Positions 1-14,684 of a stretch of DNA of 64,000 bases are shown here, piece by piece. Below the pieces are notes generated by a model. It ran no database searches. It was not told the origin of the DNA and was given only the letters and a program-made list of their open reading frames with translations. Source of the DNA: Octopus vulgaris (Eukaryota). The position numbers and the translations under genes were made by a program. The first letter of the stretch is position 1. Each line of letters opens with the position of its first letter. The stretch lies in contig OX597833.1 in NCBI GenBank assembly GCA_951406725.2, positions 62,186,001 to 62,250,000 on the forward strand, written 5' to 3'.

Positions 1-82
1 CGCCTATCTCCCTTCTTATTTCCCTCTCTCTATAATTACTATCTTTCATAACACACCCTCGCTTGCGCCGTTACGTATGACT

Positions 83-130
<48 letters not shown>

Positions 131-132
<2 letters not shown>

Positions 133-442
133 CCTTTCTGCTACAGGCACAAGGGCTGGTATTTTGGGGGAGGGGCTAGTCGGTTACATCGACCTCCGTA
201 CTCGACTGGTACTTATTTTATCGACCCCCGCCAAAAAAAAAAAAAAAAAAAAAAAAGAGCTGCTAGGCAAAGTCGACCTTGGCGTAATTCGAACTCAGAA
301 CATTAAGGGTCGGAAAAAAATGCCGCTAAGCAATTTTGTCCGGCGTGCTAACGACTCAATTATCCCTACTTTTTATAATAATAATAATAATAATAATAAT
401 GATAATAATAATAATAACATCAACAACAACAATAATAATAAC

Positions 443-475
<33 letters not shown>

Positions 476-800
476 TTCTTTACTACCTACAAGGGGCTAA
501 ACACAGAGGGGACAAACAAGGACAGATATCGACCCCAGTGCGTAACTGGTACTTAATTTATCGACCCCGAAAGGATGAAAATAATCATAAATAACCATAA
601 TTCTTTCTACTGTAGGCGCAAAGGCCTGAAATTTGGGGGCAGTCGATTACATCAACCCCCCTCTGGTACTGATTTCATCGACCTCGAAAGGATGACAAGG
701 CAAAATCGATCCCGGCAGAATTTGAACTCAGAACGTAGAGTCGGAAGAAATGCCGCTAAGATATTTCGTCCGGCATGCTAACGATTCTGCCATCGCCGCT
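131..800 (-). mobile_element. Cluster of SINE family A copies with (AAT)n tails
   Basis: Reverse complement of the family A core (GAGTTCAAATTCCGCCGAGGTCGACTTTGCCTTTCATCCTTTCGGGGTCGATAAATTAAGTACC) in three partial copies. Confidence 0.8.
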
Positions 801-834
801 TTTTATAAATGCTCCGACTTGTATCACTAAAGAC

Positions 835-874
<40 letters not shown>

Positions 875-1545
875 CTTTACTCCCCGCCGTCTCCACCATA
901 CTCCTTCACTCTGTCTCTCACTCACTTAATCACGCACTAACACCCTCAATTAACAGCGTCACTCTTACTCATTCACCGTCTCTCACACTCTCTCTCTATC
1001 ACGTTCTTTCTATCTCTATCTCATGCTTATACTTCCCCTCTCTCTCAAAAATCTGTCTCAGTCTCTTTCCCTCCAACTATCCCTTTCTGTCACTCCACTT
1101 CCCTCCGTCTCTCATTCTACTCTGTCTCCTCTTCCCACTTTGACTCTCACCTCTTCTATCTCTCTCTCTTTCTGTCTCCTCCTCTCTTATCTCACTTGCT
1201 TCCTCTCTCTCTCCTTATATGTAATCACTTCCTCCCTCCCTCTCGCTTATTTCATTTGCTTCCTCTTTCTGTATACGTAATCTCTCTTCCTCCGTCTCAA
1301 TCTCAATCCCTTCCCTCTCGCTCTTCCCCTTACTGTCTTTTCCTCTCTCTTACTCATTTCTCTCCCTTCCTATCACTTACTTCCTCCTCTATATATTTAT
1401 ATTACCCTCTCTCTGTCCCTCTCAATCCGTTCTCTGCCTCTCTCCCTCTCTCTCTCCCGCGCTCCATTCCCCTCTATATCTTTCGCTTCCCCCCCCTCTC
1501 TCTACGCATGTGTTGTTGTGTGCCGACTGCGAAGCCGTCTCCCAC

Positions 1546-1556
1546 TACGTCAGTCG
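1546..1556 (+). promoter_or_regulatory. Candidate core promoter/initiator of the G-alpha-s gene (TCAGTC Inr overlapping a CRE-like TACGTCA)
   Basis: TCAGTC at 1550-1555 matches the invertebrate Inr TCAGTY. It sits at the end of a ~650 bp CT-rich tract (838-1500), in a locally CpG-rich patch, ~435 bp upstream of the ATG. TSS assignment is inference. Confidence 0.35.
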
Positions 1557-1986
1557 GTCTACTGTTACCGCCACCACCACCAACCTCTTGCGCGCACGCT
1601 CCACCAGAGGATTTTTTTAAGCTCGTCGTTAGCACACGTTTTGCTTTCTGCCCTCTGTCGTGGCCCCCCAAAAATAACAGCATCTCTTGTTTTTTTTTTT
1701 TAATTCCCCCCCTCCCAACCCTCTTCTTTCCACCACCACACACACACACACACAAACACACATCTGTACATATATAAATATATATATATGTATATATAAA
1801 TATACACACAATCACATATATATATATATATATATACATACATATATATATATATAAGGTGTAACATTTTTTTTTTTCAACTGTTCGATTCGGCTTGGCT
1901 TTTTTTTTTTTTTTTTACCAATTCTTTCATTCGGGGTCGATCACACACCAGCCATCAAGCTGAATTCCTTGTTCTTTCTCTCCAAG

Positions 1987-2116
1987 ATGGGGTGCTTCCG
2001 CCGTACCAGGGAGGACGAAGATGATAAACTACGCAAAGAGCAGAATAAGAAGATTGAAAAGCAACTGCAAAAGGACAAACAAGTCTATAGATCTACACAC
2101 AGACTCTTGTTACTAG
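1987..2116 (+). CDS. GNAS: G protein alpha-s subunit, coding exon 1
   Basis: AAGATGG strong Kozak context. Translates [43 protein letters not shown](G); [23 protein letters not shown] is the G-alpha-s signature. 130 nt, phase-1 donor G|GTCAGT. Confidence 0.97.
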
Positions 2117-2335
2117 GTCAGTGTCTTTGAGAAGAATGAGACATTTTTTTCTCTCTCTTCTTTCTTCCTCTCTTCTTCTTCTTCGCCTTCCTTTGGTGCT
2201 TCTCTCTCTCTCTCGCTGGTGTTCTCTCACTTTCCTTTTTTTTTTTCCCTCCCTTCTTTGTTTATTTATATTTGAAAGGAATATCTGTATGTTTGTTTGT
2301 TTTTTTTTCTTTTTACCGATTCGTTCCGAGACATC

Positions 2336-2371
<36 letters not shown>

Positions 2372-2490
2372 TATCTCTCTACTTACAAAATACATATCTA
2401 TATTCAGACATCACATCTTTCTACTTCTATTCACACACGCCTATACATACATTCACAGATATATATATATAATGTGTGTGTGAGTATGTG

Positions 2491-2551
<61 letters not shown>

Positions 2552-3754
2552 ATATACATACACATTATATATGTGTTTGTAATACATACACTTAAATTTG
2601 TAATGACATAAACACGCACTTAAATATCTATTGACATAGGTATGTGTACAAGTATATACACACATGTGTGTGTGTACATTAAGTCACATAGACTGTCATA
2701 CAGGTTACACATGTACACACAAACACAGATCGGCATACCTATACATATATGCACTCGCCCACTGACATGTAGTCATACACAAATAGTAATTTGACAATCA
2801 TACACACACGTCTGACATATAACTATGTATTTACAGAAGTAACAGTTATATATACACACACATATATACGCACAAACATGACATACACATGTACACACAC
2901 ACACACACATATATAGGTATACATATGCATACACACAGCTGACATAATCATATACAAGTATAGACACATACATAACTGACATTTACTCATACACACACAT
3001 TCGATATAATCATATACATATAGAACTGACAGTCGTATACACATATACACACTGGACTGATATACAGTTATACAGCACATATATATACACTGGACTGATC
3101 ATGGTGTCACACACTCTAAATTAATGTATTGTCATTCACATATACACCTACACAGAATTGGTATATATATATATGATGATGATGATGATATATACACACA
3201 CACACAAGGTTAACAAATATATGTATACACCCGTGTACTCACACACGCACACACATATATACAGACACAGTGAACTGATATATATGTTGTCATACACACA
3301 TTGAGCTGACACAAATCATACACGTACATACATGCACATATAGATGACATACAGTTAGTCTTTCCATATATACACACCTACCTTTAGATACACACACACA
3401 CGCTTACAGTTGTCCATCAGCTCATATGTGGAGCTTTTGAAGACTGCATCTCAATCGTTTATACTTTACATACATCTATACATACATTATGTATGATCAC
3501 AAGTAAAACGGACATGTCATACACGTAGATACCACAAATACATAAGCATGGACTCGAATTAATAGCCATACGTAGATGACATACACGAAGATAGTTCTAC
3601 ATGTATGTCATATAGAATTGCCATACACTGTCACACACGATCACGGCATACAAACCATCATACACACAGCAGTGGCGTAGTTATACTCACATACATACAT
3701 TACTGTTATATATGGCCATACACACATACCTAATCTACTGAGTCATAAATTTTA

Positions 3755-3790
<36 letters not shown>

Positions 3791-4449
3791 TATATATACA
3801 GCCATACATATATATATATAGTCATACACTGACATACGTGAATAACACTGACTTACAGCCATGCACACATATTGTTGCTATATATAGCCATATACACTCA
3901 TACGTATTACTGTTATATATAGCCATACACATACACGTACATACGTATTACTGCTATGATACAGTCATACACTCGCTTAATTACACTGACATAACCCAAC
4001 ATCACAGCCATACGTACGTTTGTATGTATGTATGTATGTATGTATGCATACACACTGCTGTATAGCCATACACTCATATATGCTCGATCGACTCTTTATA
4101 AATATATATATACATATATATATAACACAGTGTTACTAAATCTCTGATTTCCTAGAAAATTTTCATTTATATCTGGTTTCCCTATTCGCGTTGTCGTCAC
4201 ACCCCCTCATTTATTTATATTCCCTTTAAAACGAAAACAACAGCTTAACTCCCGTATACATTAAAAGATGAGCGATTGTGTGTGTGTGTATATATATATA
4301 GAGATATATATTGTATGTGTGAAGAAAGACAAGAAAAGGTTAGACTGTTATAAATTATATGACTATAACATACATCTAACTGGTTTTCTCATTTCCCCCA
4401 TTTTATAATCTGTTTCACCGTTAAAGAAATTATATAATTGTATATTTAG

Positions 4450-4501
<52 letters not shown>

Positions 4502-4724
4502 TGTGTATGTGTGAGTGAGTACATAGACATTTGTGTGTTTATATATATACACACACACACATACACACGCATTTATATATATTTGTATACATATATATAT
4601 ATCCCCTGTAATATATTACTGTATATATTATATAATATATATGTTAATGTATATTATGTTTATAAAAGCACTAATGTAAAATATATAAGGGTTGCGAGTT
4701 GTCTTTAATTAGATTACCAAGAAA

Positions 4725-4790
<66 letters not shown>

Positions 4791-5228
4791 ACTTCAGTTC
4801 TAAATATATACACAGCTGTTTATTCTGTCCATGATTGTCACAAATTTATCTGTATCTATAATCGATATAATATTTTTTTATATAATATATATATGAGTGT
4901 AACAGTTTAACGTGCCTCATCTGTTTATATATATGTATTTATATGTATATATATTTATACATCTATATATATGTACGTATACACAGCCAGCCAGCCAGAC
5001 ATACATGTGTGTATGTGCGTATGTTAAGTCTACATACGTCTATACTGTTTGTGTTTATGCATTTAATTCGCTACTATATATACACACCCACTCAACATCC
5101 ATGTGTATTGTTGTGTGTGTGTTGGTGTATTTTTGCCAGCCAGAGGTTTGCAAAAATACTGCCTTTACTTGTGATGATGGCTGCTTTTAATAAATATTAT
5201 ACATAAATATATATCATACATATGTGTG

Positions 5229-5262
<34 letters not shown>

Positions 5263-5280
5263 TATATATATATATATATA

Positions 5281-5430
5281 CCGGAGTAAACACATAAATG
5301 TGAAACAAGGTGGAAAAAAGAGTACTCAAATACCAGTGGTAGAGTAATATGCTTTATTTAAAAGCAGCAGAAAATTCAACAAAACCTGTTACTCTGAGTT
5401 TTGTTGAATTTTCTGCTGCTTTAAATAAAG
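5281..5430. mobile_element. Foldback element, internally deleted copy of the 42281-42537 family
   Basis: Same GGAGTAAACACATAAATGTGAAACAAGGTGG start as 42281. Inverted arms CTTTATTTAAAAGCAGCAGAAAATTCAACAAAAC / GTTTTGTTGAATTTTCTGCTGCTTTAAATAAAG. Inserted in (TA)n. Confidence 0.8.
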
Positions 5431-5800
5431 TATATATATATACATATATATATATATACAGATAGATTGATAGACAGATTCAAATTTTGCTTTATGTGTG
5501 TGTGTATGTATTTAGATATGTCAAATGATTATAAATGTGTATATCTTGGTATTTGTATGTATGTATGTTGTGTATATATATATGTATATATATCTATATG
5601 GCTATACACACATACCTGTGGATGTATATATACGTGTGTATTTAGATTTAATAGTTATTTTAACCCTTCCAATGTATATATATATATATCCGCCAACAGC
5701 CAATGTACCCCGCCCTTTAATCTTCCTGCTATTCTTAGCCTTATTCCTCCTGAATTAAATAAATCATCTTTTTACGTATCTTTTACATCAACTCTCTTGA

Positions 5801-6083
<283 letters not shown>

Positions 6084-6181
6084 ATCATTGTTGTTTTTAT
6101 TTATTTTCTAGCTTGCCGTTAATTATTATTATTATTATTAATTATTATTATTATTATTATTGTTACTTTTTTTTCATCTAA

Positions 6182-6301
<120 letters not shown>

Positions 6302-6834
6302 TAAGTGTCAACACAAAAATAAAAACCTTCTCCCTCTCTCCTCTCTTCTCCCTCTCTCTATCTATTTCTCCCTTTCGCTTTCTCTCTCACTCCATGTCTC
6401 TCTTTCACTGTATCTCTCTCTTTCTCTCTCTCCGTTTCTCTGTCTTTCTATCCGCATCTTCTCTCTCTCTCTCTCTCTGTCCCTTTTTTTTGTTTCTCTT
6501 TCTCTTTCTCTCAATTTCACATCCCTTTCTGTCTTTCTCTCTCTCTCTCTCTCCTTCGTCTTTATATCCTTACTCTTTCTCTCTCTATTTCTGTCTGTCT
6601 ATCTTGTCTTTTCTTCTCTCCGTGTATTTCTCCGTCTCTCTCTTTCTCTCTCCCCCTCGTTCTGTGTGCTTCTCTCTTTCGCCTCTCTCTCTCTCTCTCT
6701 CTCTCTCCATCTCTCTCCTCTCTCTGCCTGTCTCTCTCTCTCTCTCTCTCTCTCTCATAGTATAATACACTATTTTTCTCAACGTGCTTCTTTTTTGTCT
6801 TCTTCCGTGCAACGATAGATTTAAGAGCAATAAT

Positions 6835-6867
<33 letters not shown>

Positions 6868-7386
6868 AATAATAATGTAACGTTTTGACACAACACTCTC
6901 CTCCTCCTCCTCCTCTCCTCCTCCTCATCCTCCTCTCCCCCATCACTACACTTGTTCCCCTCCCCCTCATCACCATCCTCAAAACTGGAGCACTGTTTAT
7001 TATTATTCAATGCACCTTACATCATAGAACACACCATTCATTGTTTGATCATCATCATCATCATCATTATTATTATTATTATTATTATTATTGTTGTTGT
7101 TGTTGTTGTTGTTGTGAATAACACTTGTACTCGATTTTTCTCTCTCCCCCTCCCCTTTTTTTTTCATCGTTTCTGTGGCGCGGGCGGGGGTGGGGGTGGG
7201 GGTGATCGATAAAGTAAGATACCAATCAACCCCCCCCCCCCCCCGAAAGCAGGCGGGTAGGGGCTGTGGGTTGGGGGAAGGTGGGGGAGGTCGGTAACCT
7301 TGTGCCTAATAACGACAAAATCATCATTATTATCATTATCATCATTTTTCATCATCAGCTTATTAGGCCCCTCTGTCCATGCTACA

Positions 7387-7426
<40 letters not shown>

Positions 7427-7674
7427 GTTATTATTATTATTATTGCTCCTTGAGGGTAAGGTTGGGGGTGGGTGGGGTCAACTTCGCATAGTCTTTCATC
7501 TTTCCTTTCCCGGGTGGGGTGGGGGGCGGGCAGGCCGATCAAACAAGTCGCAATCGATTCCACCAGGGATCGATCCCACCCCCGCCCCATCAAACCCAAG
7601 TCCCTGACCTGGGACTTACAGAGAAAAAAAAAAAACAATCATCATCATCATCATCATTATTATTATTATTATTG

Positions 7675-7708
<34 letters not shown>

Positions 7709-8425
7709 AAATATTGTTCTTAGGGAGGTGATGGCCGACTGAGCTTTTCTGTTTTTGTTTTTATTTTTTTTGGGGGGATTTTTTTTTTTTCATTCTTCCG
7801 GGATCACGGAGATCGATAAAATCAAAAACAAAAACAAAACAAAAAAAAATACCAGTCAAGGTACAAGAGGGTTCGATTATGTCGACTCTGTGCTTCTTCT
7901 CCGCACTTCACTCTCTCTCTCTCTCTCTCTCTCTGTCCTCCCCCCAGCCTCTCTCTGTCTCCAACTAAAATGTCTGGCCTTGTGCCAATATTTAGAAATC
8001 ATTATAATTTGCTACCAATTCTAACAGCCTCTGCATGTCTTTGAGTTCATTCTCTCTCTCTCTCGCTCTCCCCCACAAACTAATGTATGCATGATTTTTC
8101 AACAACCACCCTCAATTCTCCACATAACAATATCACCATTATTGTCATTATTATTATCATTATTATTATTATTATTAAATTATTCTTGTTATGATTATTG
8201 TTGCGTTTGTTTTTGCTTTGAAGAAAAAAATTAAAGGGAAAAAAGAAGGGGGCCTCCCCTCCCCAACCTCATCTCCCCCCCCCGGGGAATATCACAAAGA
8301 AATTAATTAATTAAACGAATTATGAAATACATACATTATGTAAATATAAGGTTAATTTAAAACTGTTAAATGTATTTGTTGTAATAGTGGAGGAATTAAA
8401 ATGGTTTTTCTTCTAATTACTATAG

Positions 8426-8480
8426 AGAGAGAAAGTTGAAGATTGAAGACATAAAAAGGAATATCAGAGATGCAATATTG
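8426..8480 (+). CDS. GNAS: G protein alpha-s subunit, coding exon 3 (start of helical domain); gene continues beyond the window
   Basis: TTTTCTTCTAATTACTATAG acceptor. Translates (E)ERKLKIEDIKRNIRDAIL, homologous to vertebrate EKATKVQDIKNNLKEAIE. 55 nt, phase-0 donor TTG|GTGAGT, in frame with exon 2. Confidence 0.95.
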
Positions 8481-8571
8481 GTGAGTAAAACTACTCGAAG
8501 ACACACACACACACACACACGTTTTCCAAATATACATACACACACATTGTGATGGATATGCAAGCATACAT

Positions 8572-8602
<31 letters not shown>

Positions 8603-8706
8603 ATATAACGTGATCAACATTCGCGAAACCCAGAGTAGTAATAGAGAATCTATCTATCTGTCTGTCTGTCTATCTCTCTCTTTCTATCTGTCTGTCTATC
8701 TATCTT

Positions 8707-8789
<83 letters not shown>

Positions 8790-8942
8790 GTCTATCTATC
8801 TGTCTTTCTATCTGTCTGTCTGTCTGTCTATCTGTCTGTCTGTCTATCTGTCTTTCTATCTGTCTGTCTATCTATCTTTCTATCTATCTATCTATCTATC
8901 TATCTAACCACACGCACTTATGTGTGTGTCTGTGTATTTTTG

Positions 8943-9001
<59 letters not shown>

Positions 9002-10440
9002 GGGATTGTGTGTGTGTGTGTGTGTGAGGGGGATTGTGTGTATATGTGTACGAGCGCGTGTGTATATATATATATATATACATACATATATATAACTGAT
9101 GTGGGGAAGAGCAGGAAATCGCACCAAGACTTAACCACATAACTCATCTGTTTCATTATCTTCGTTTTAATTAATATTGTTGCTATTGTTGTCATTAATT
9201 AAAATCCTTAATTTATTTATTTTCCAACACACACACACACTCACCACCACCACCACCAACAACAACACCTCGCTTCTCTTCGTTCTTCGTCTATTTCTAT
9301 ATTTATTTATTTATCATCTTCTCCGCCATACAAGAGAAGAACCATTCGCAGACTTCCAAGATTCTATATATATATATATAAAGGCACCACCACCATTCGG
9401 AATGTTGTCGGCTCCTAGTGACAATAATATATTAAAAACAGCACTTCCTTCCGCATCGTCGTGGTCTTCCCCTACCCCCGTTTCGTGTATTCTCTCTTAT
9501 ATATATATATTTTTTTTTACTGTTTTTGTTTTGGTTTTGGCTTTCGTTTTTTTGGTTTTTCTTTTGGTTCAGCCAAAATATTTCTACGTGTGTCTCTACC
9601 TACAGCCATGATTCCAATATGGCCGTCTCTGCAGTGCTTAGAGTAGTTCATGGTAAGAATGCCGACCTGCTGATGCTGTTCTGAGTGCGCGCAGCCGGCA
9701 TTAAAAAGCTTGCCCTCTCTCTCTAACTATCTATCTATCTAGCTAGCTATCTATCTATCTATCTATCTACCTACACACATACATACATACATACATACAT
9801 AAATACACACGCTCACACAGATATATATATCATCTGTAGCTATCTATCTATATATATATTTATTAATGAAGGCTTGTTTTTGCTGCTAAAAGTAAAAGAG
9901 GAGACACACAGAGAGAGGGGAGAAGGCCAAAAACGCGAGAGCTAAAAAAACACCCAACGAAAAGAACGAAATAAACACAAGTGCCCAATTAATTCGACCG
10001 TTTATTTTCTGGCGAAACTGTTTAAATAGTTTTTCGTCAAAATTTGTTGCGTTGTCGACGTTCTTTACCGACGTCGACTTCGACGTAACGTCAATACGGC
10101 TGATGTTATTACATACGTACATACATACATATAGATAGATATGTGTGTGTGTATAATGCGTATATACATACACCCAACGTTACCTCCTCGGTATATATAT
10201 GTGTGTGTGTGTTTGTGTAATATTTTGCGTAATATATTACATTTGTGTGTCTCGTGTTTGTAACGTGTGTGGTGTGCGTGTGTATATGTAGAATACATTT
10301 GATGTGTGTATATGTGTATATATATATATGCACTATATTTAATATATGTATGAATACAATATCTACGTACATATATGTATGTATATATATATATATATAC
10401 ACACACGCACACACACATATCTTTGCCCCTTCGCGCGCGC

Positions 10441-10483
<43 letters not shown>

Positions 10484-11989
10484 GGTATAGAGAGATTATA
10501 TACACGTATTTATATATACATGTATATAATCTCTCTATACCATACATTTGGATAGATGTATTTGTGTGTATGTGAGTATGTATATATGTATGGTAGTATA
10601 CACACGTATACTCTGTGTGTGTGTATATATATATATGAACGTAGGCATTTACCATTTTGTGGATATATTACGTTCCTGAAAGTCTTGTCATAACACGAAA
10701 CCTTTTGTTTTTCCATTGACTTTGATGTTTTATGGACGTTGATGGGCAAATACATTTCGAGATAACGAAGCACACATCAGACCAAGTTTTGGGGGCATGC
10801 AATACTTTCGTAATGTGGGGGGTGCTTGTATACGAAATATATCGTCTTCATCGTTGTTTTAACGACCTTGATTCCACGCTTGGATGGGTAAGGCGGAATT
10901 TTGCCGAGGCAGATTTTCTATAGCCGGATGCCCTTATTGTTGCCAACCTTCATCTGTTTCTAAGCATGGGATATTTCCTCGTGGTAGGGCATGTTTTCAT
11001 GGAAGATTGGAAATCGATGACATTCGTTTACTGCTGTTAAACAGTGTCATGACAAGGGGCTACAAACGGTCCCTTACACATATCTACATATATATCGTTT
11101 TTTTTTTTAAATTTTCATACTTGTTTCAGTTATTAGACTCTGGCCCTGCTGGGGTACCACCTTGAAGTGTTTAATTGAACAGATCAATCTCAGAATTTAT
11201 CCTTTAAATCTGGTACTTTTTCTATCAGTTTCTTTTGCTAAACTGCTAAGTTAATGGGCCATAAACAAACCAACATCAATTGTCAAGTGGTGTGGTGAGA
11301 ACACATGTTCATATATACATACAAACGATGGGCTTCCTTCACTTTCTGTTCACATTCATTCACTCACAAGTCTTTGGTCAGCCCGAGACTATCGAATAAG
11401 ACACTTGCCCAAGGTGTCATGCTGTGAGATTGAACTCAAAACCACATGGTTTGGAAATTAACTTCTTATCCACACAACCAAATATATTGATTTTGAATTT
11501 TGGTACAAGGCCAGGAATTACGTCCAACCCATGCCAGCATGGACAACGGATGCTAAATGATGATGAAGTGAATATGTTGATTACATCGACTCCAGGACTT
11601 ATTTTATCAGTCCCGGAAAGATGAAAGGCAAAGTTGACCTCAGCAGAATTTGAACTCAGAATGTAAAGACAGACAAAATGCCACTGGCAAACGGAATTAT
11701 TAAAAACACAACAATGTTCCCATTTAATATTTTATTGTTTTTTTTCCCCCTCTGTGTACCAACCCTCTGTAGTTTGTTTGGAACAATGAAGTTCCAAATT
11801 CATTTTCATCAGTATTGCCTTTCTATCTCAGCCACATATTCAGGACGTGGAGTCGTGTTGGCTTCTGCACAAAACCTTGGACAAATCTTTTATTATGGTC
11901 CCGTGGATTTTGTTGATTTTTTTATCTAGAAGCCTGCCATGTGTGTGTGTGTGTGTGTGTGTGTGAATGTGCATGTGTGTTTTTGTGGA

Positions 11990-12276
11990 AGCGCCATCCA
12001 ACCAAAATGCAAATATATGGGAAACTACCACCTGTATCATCTCTTGTGAAAGGTAGGAGAGTTCAGTTTGCTGGACATTGTTGTAGAGCTGAAAATGAAG
12101 CAATTTCTACTATTCTCCTCTGGAAGCCATCTGCTCGCAATACCAGAGGGCGCACACTCTTCCTACCCTGATGTAATCTCCAGGGATACAGGCATCCAGC
12201 AACAGGACCTCCGTAATGCCATGATGGACCGTGAAGTAAATTCCATCGTCTCGACCACGGTCGAACAATGATGATG
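11990..12276 (+). mobile_element. 3' end of RTE-like LINE with (ATG)n tail
   Basis: Encodes PTKMQIYGKLPPVSSLVKGRRVQFAGHCCRAENEAISTILLWKP...YPDVISRDTG...AMMDRE, typical of an RTE-type ORF C-terminus. Ends TCGACCACGGTCGAACAATGATGATG. Confidence 0.8.
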
Positions 12277-13009
12277 TGTCTGTGTGTGTGTGTGTGGGGG
12301 GGCATGTGTGACATGGTGGTTAGGTTGTTGCGCTCACAATCACAGGATTGTAGTTTCAAATCCCAGACCAGGCAGTACATTGTGTACTTGAGCAAAACAT
12401 TTCACTACACATTACACATTGCTCCGATCCACTTTGTTTTAAATAGGTAACCTTGAGACAGACAGACAGGCATCCTGTCCAGGATGAACGTTGGTATACC
12501 CACCTAGGCACCTGGGTGACATCATTCAAAAGCTAAAACAATGCATTGTGACTAGCAGTATATAACATCATCTGATGACACTCTGGTCGATACAGTGATG
12601 TGTGTGTGTTTGTGTATGTTTTTGTTTGTTCCTAGATTTTTGACAACTGCTAGTTTGTTTACATCCCCTGTGACTTAGTAGTTCATCAAAAGGAGACCAG
12701 TATATGGTATCAGACATTCAAATGACACTGGAGTTGATTTGATTGATCGAACACGTCAACGCTCAAAGCACTGCATGGCCCGAATCCAATGATTGACACG
12801 TTCCCTTATGACTATCACACAAAGGGGACAGTAACGCATGCACACACACACACACACACACACAAAAGGAACAGCTTCTTTGGCTTCTGTCTAGAAAATC
12901 CATTCACAAGGCTTTAGTTGGCCCCTATGCTATAGTAGTAGGCTCTTGTACAAAGTGCCATACAGTGGGATTGAACCCAGAACCATGTGGTGGGGAAGCA
13001 AACTTCTTA

Positions 13010-13047
<38 letters not shown>

Positions 13048-13759
13048 CCATAAATCAAAATGGAAATTGTAGTTGTGGCCGATGCCAGTGCCGCCTGACT
13101 GTGCTGGTGGCTTGTAATAAGCACCATTCAAGTATGGGTCAATACCCATGCCACCTGACTGGCTCCTGTGCCAGCGGCATGTAAAAAGCTCCCACTACAC
13201 TCTCGGAGTGGTTAGCATTAAGAAGGGCATCCAGCTGTAGAAACCTTGCCAGATCAGATTGGAGCCTGGTATAGTCTACTGGCTTGCTGGACCTCTGTCA
13301 AACTGTCCAACCCAAGCCAGCATGGGAAGCGGACATTAAAGATGATGATGATGATGACTCCCCCACACACACACATAAAGGCCTCATAGTTAACTCAAAC
13401 CTCAAACTAATAAGTAGGAGAGAAGTTTAGATTCTTATTTCTTTACTACCCACAAGGGGCTAAACACAGAAGGGACAAACAAGGACAGACAAACGGATTA
13501 AGTCGATTACATCGACCCCAGTGTGTAAATGGTACTTATTTAATCGACCTCAAAAGGAGGAAAGGCAAAGTCAACCTCGGCAGAATTTGAACTCAGAACG
13601 TAACGGCAGACGAAATACTGCTAACCATTTCACCCGGCATGCTAACGATTCTGCCAGCTCGCTGCCTTCATTTAGATTCTTCGTTTAGAGAAGTTTAGAT
13701 TCTGTTAACATAAAAAAAAAATGATAGGAAAGTTGTAGGTAGGGATATCATTTAGCGCA

Positions 13760-14670
13760 CCCTACATAAACTGAAAGCGCAGGGGTGCAGTGGAATCACA
13801 GGCAAGATAACAGGGGAGATACATTTCACATGCTGCAGATGCATAGGAGCAATATGCTCTGAGGGCCCATGGGAAATGGACTCTATTAAATTCCCAAAAC
13901 ATTCCCCCAAAGTAGTTTAATAGCTTTTGGTTGCTAATTAACCTAATTAGTAATGGGGATGGGTGTTTGGGAGAGCATAGCAGCCAGAGGAAGGGCGGGT
14001 TGGAAAAAGTTCTGTGAGTTGTTACCTCTGCTGGTAATGAAGAGCTTTTCCCTAATGGCAAGGAGTAGACTGTGCAATGTGTGCAAAGTTCAGTGATATG
14101 TAGTTGTTTGTTTGTTCCTTTTCGAGCCACGCCTGGCTCATAAGGGCCGGTTTTCGGGTTTCCTTGGCGCATAGGTTCTCCACCTAGATGAGCTGCAAGA
14201 TGCAGGAGGAAAGAGTGAGAGAAAGTTGTGGCGAAAGAGTCAGCAGAAGTTTGCCACTACCTTCTGCCAGAGCCACATGAGTCTTTTGTGATCCGCTCAT
14301 AAACACACACATCGCCTGGTCTGAGATTCGAACCTGTGATCCCTCAATCGTGAGGCCGCTGCTCTAACCACTAGGCCATGTGCCTCCACAGTGGTGTGTA
14401 GCAGTGAGACATGGTCCTTGATTACAGAGGATCTGCAGAGACTAGAAAGAAATGAAGCAAGCATGCTTTACTGGATGTGTAATGTTGATGTGCATAAATG
14501 GTGTACTGTTAATGACTTGAGGGGAACAAACTGGGTATAAGAGAAACCAGTTATTCTGTGCTAGAGAGGAGACTGAGATGGTATGGACGTGTGATGTGTA
14601 TGGATGTAGACAATGGCATATTGAAGTACTGCATGCTCAAGGTTAATGGTATCTATGGAAGGTGGCGAAC
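13760..14670 (+). mobile_element. Decayed RTE-clade LINE fragment interrupted by a tRNA-derived SINE (14104-14388, minus)
   Basis: Remnant peptides CSGITGK...CCRC, RAGWKKFCELLPLL, SETWSL..EDLQRLERNEASML, RRLRWYGRVM. The SINE is flanked by degenerate direct repeats CAGTGATATGTAG / CAGTGGTGTGTAG. Confidence 0.75.
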
Positions 14671-14684
14671 TGGCAGAAACATTA

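Noticed and set aside
9606-9686. Possible C/D snoRNA or miRNA hairpin (ATGATT...CTGA; CCATGA/TCATGG)
   Set aside because: The C box is imperfect, there is no terminal stem, and pairing is only 6 bp.
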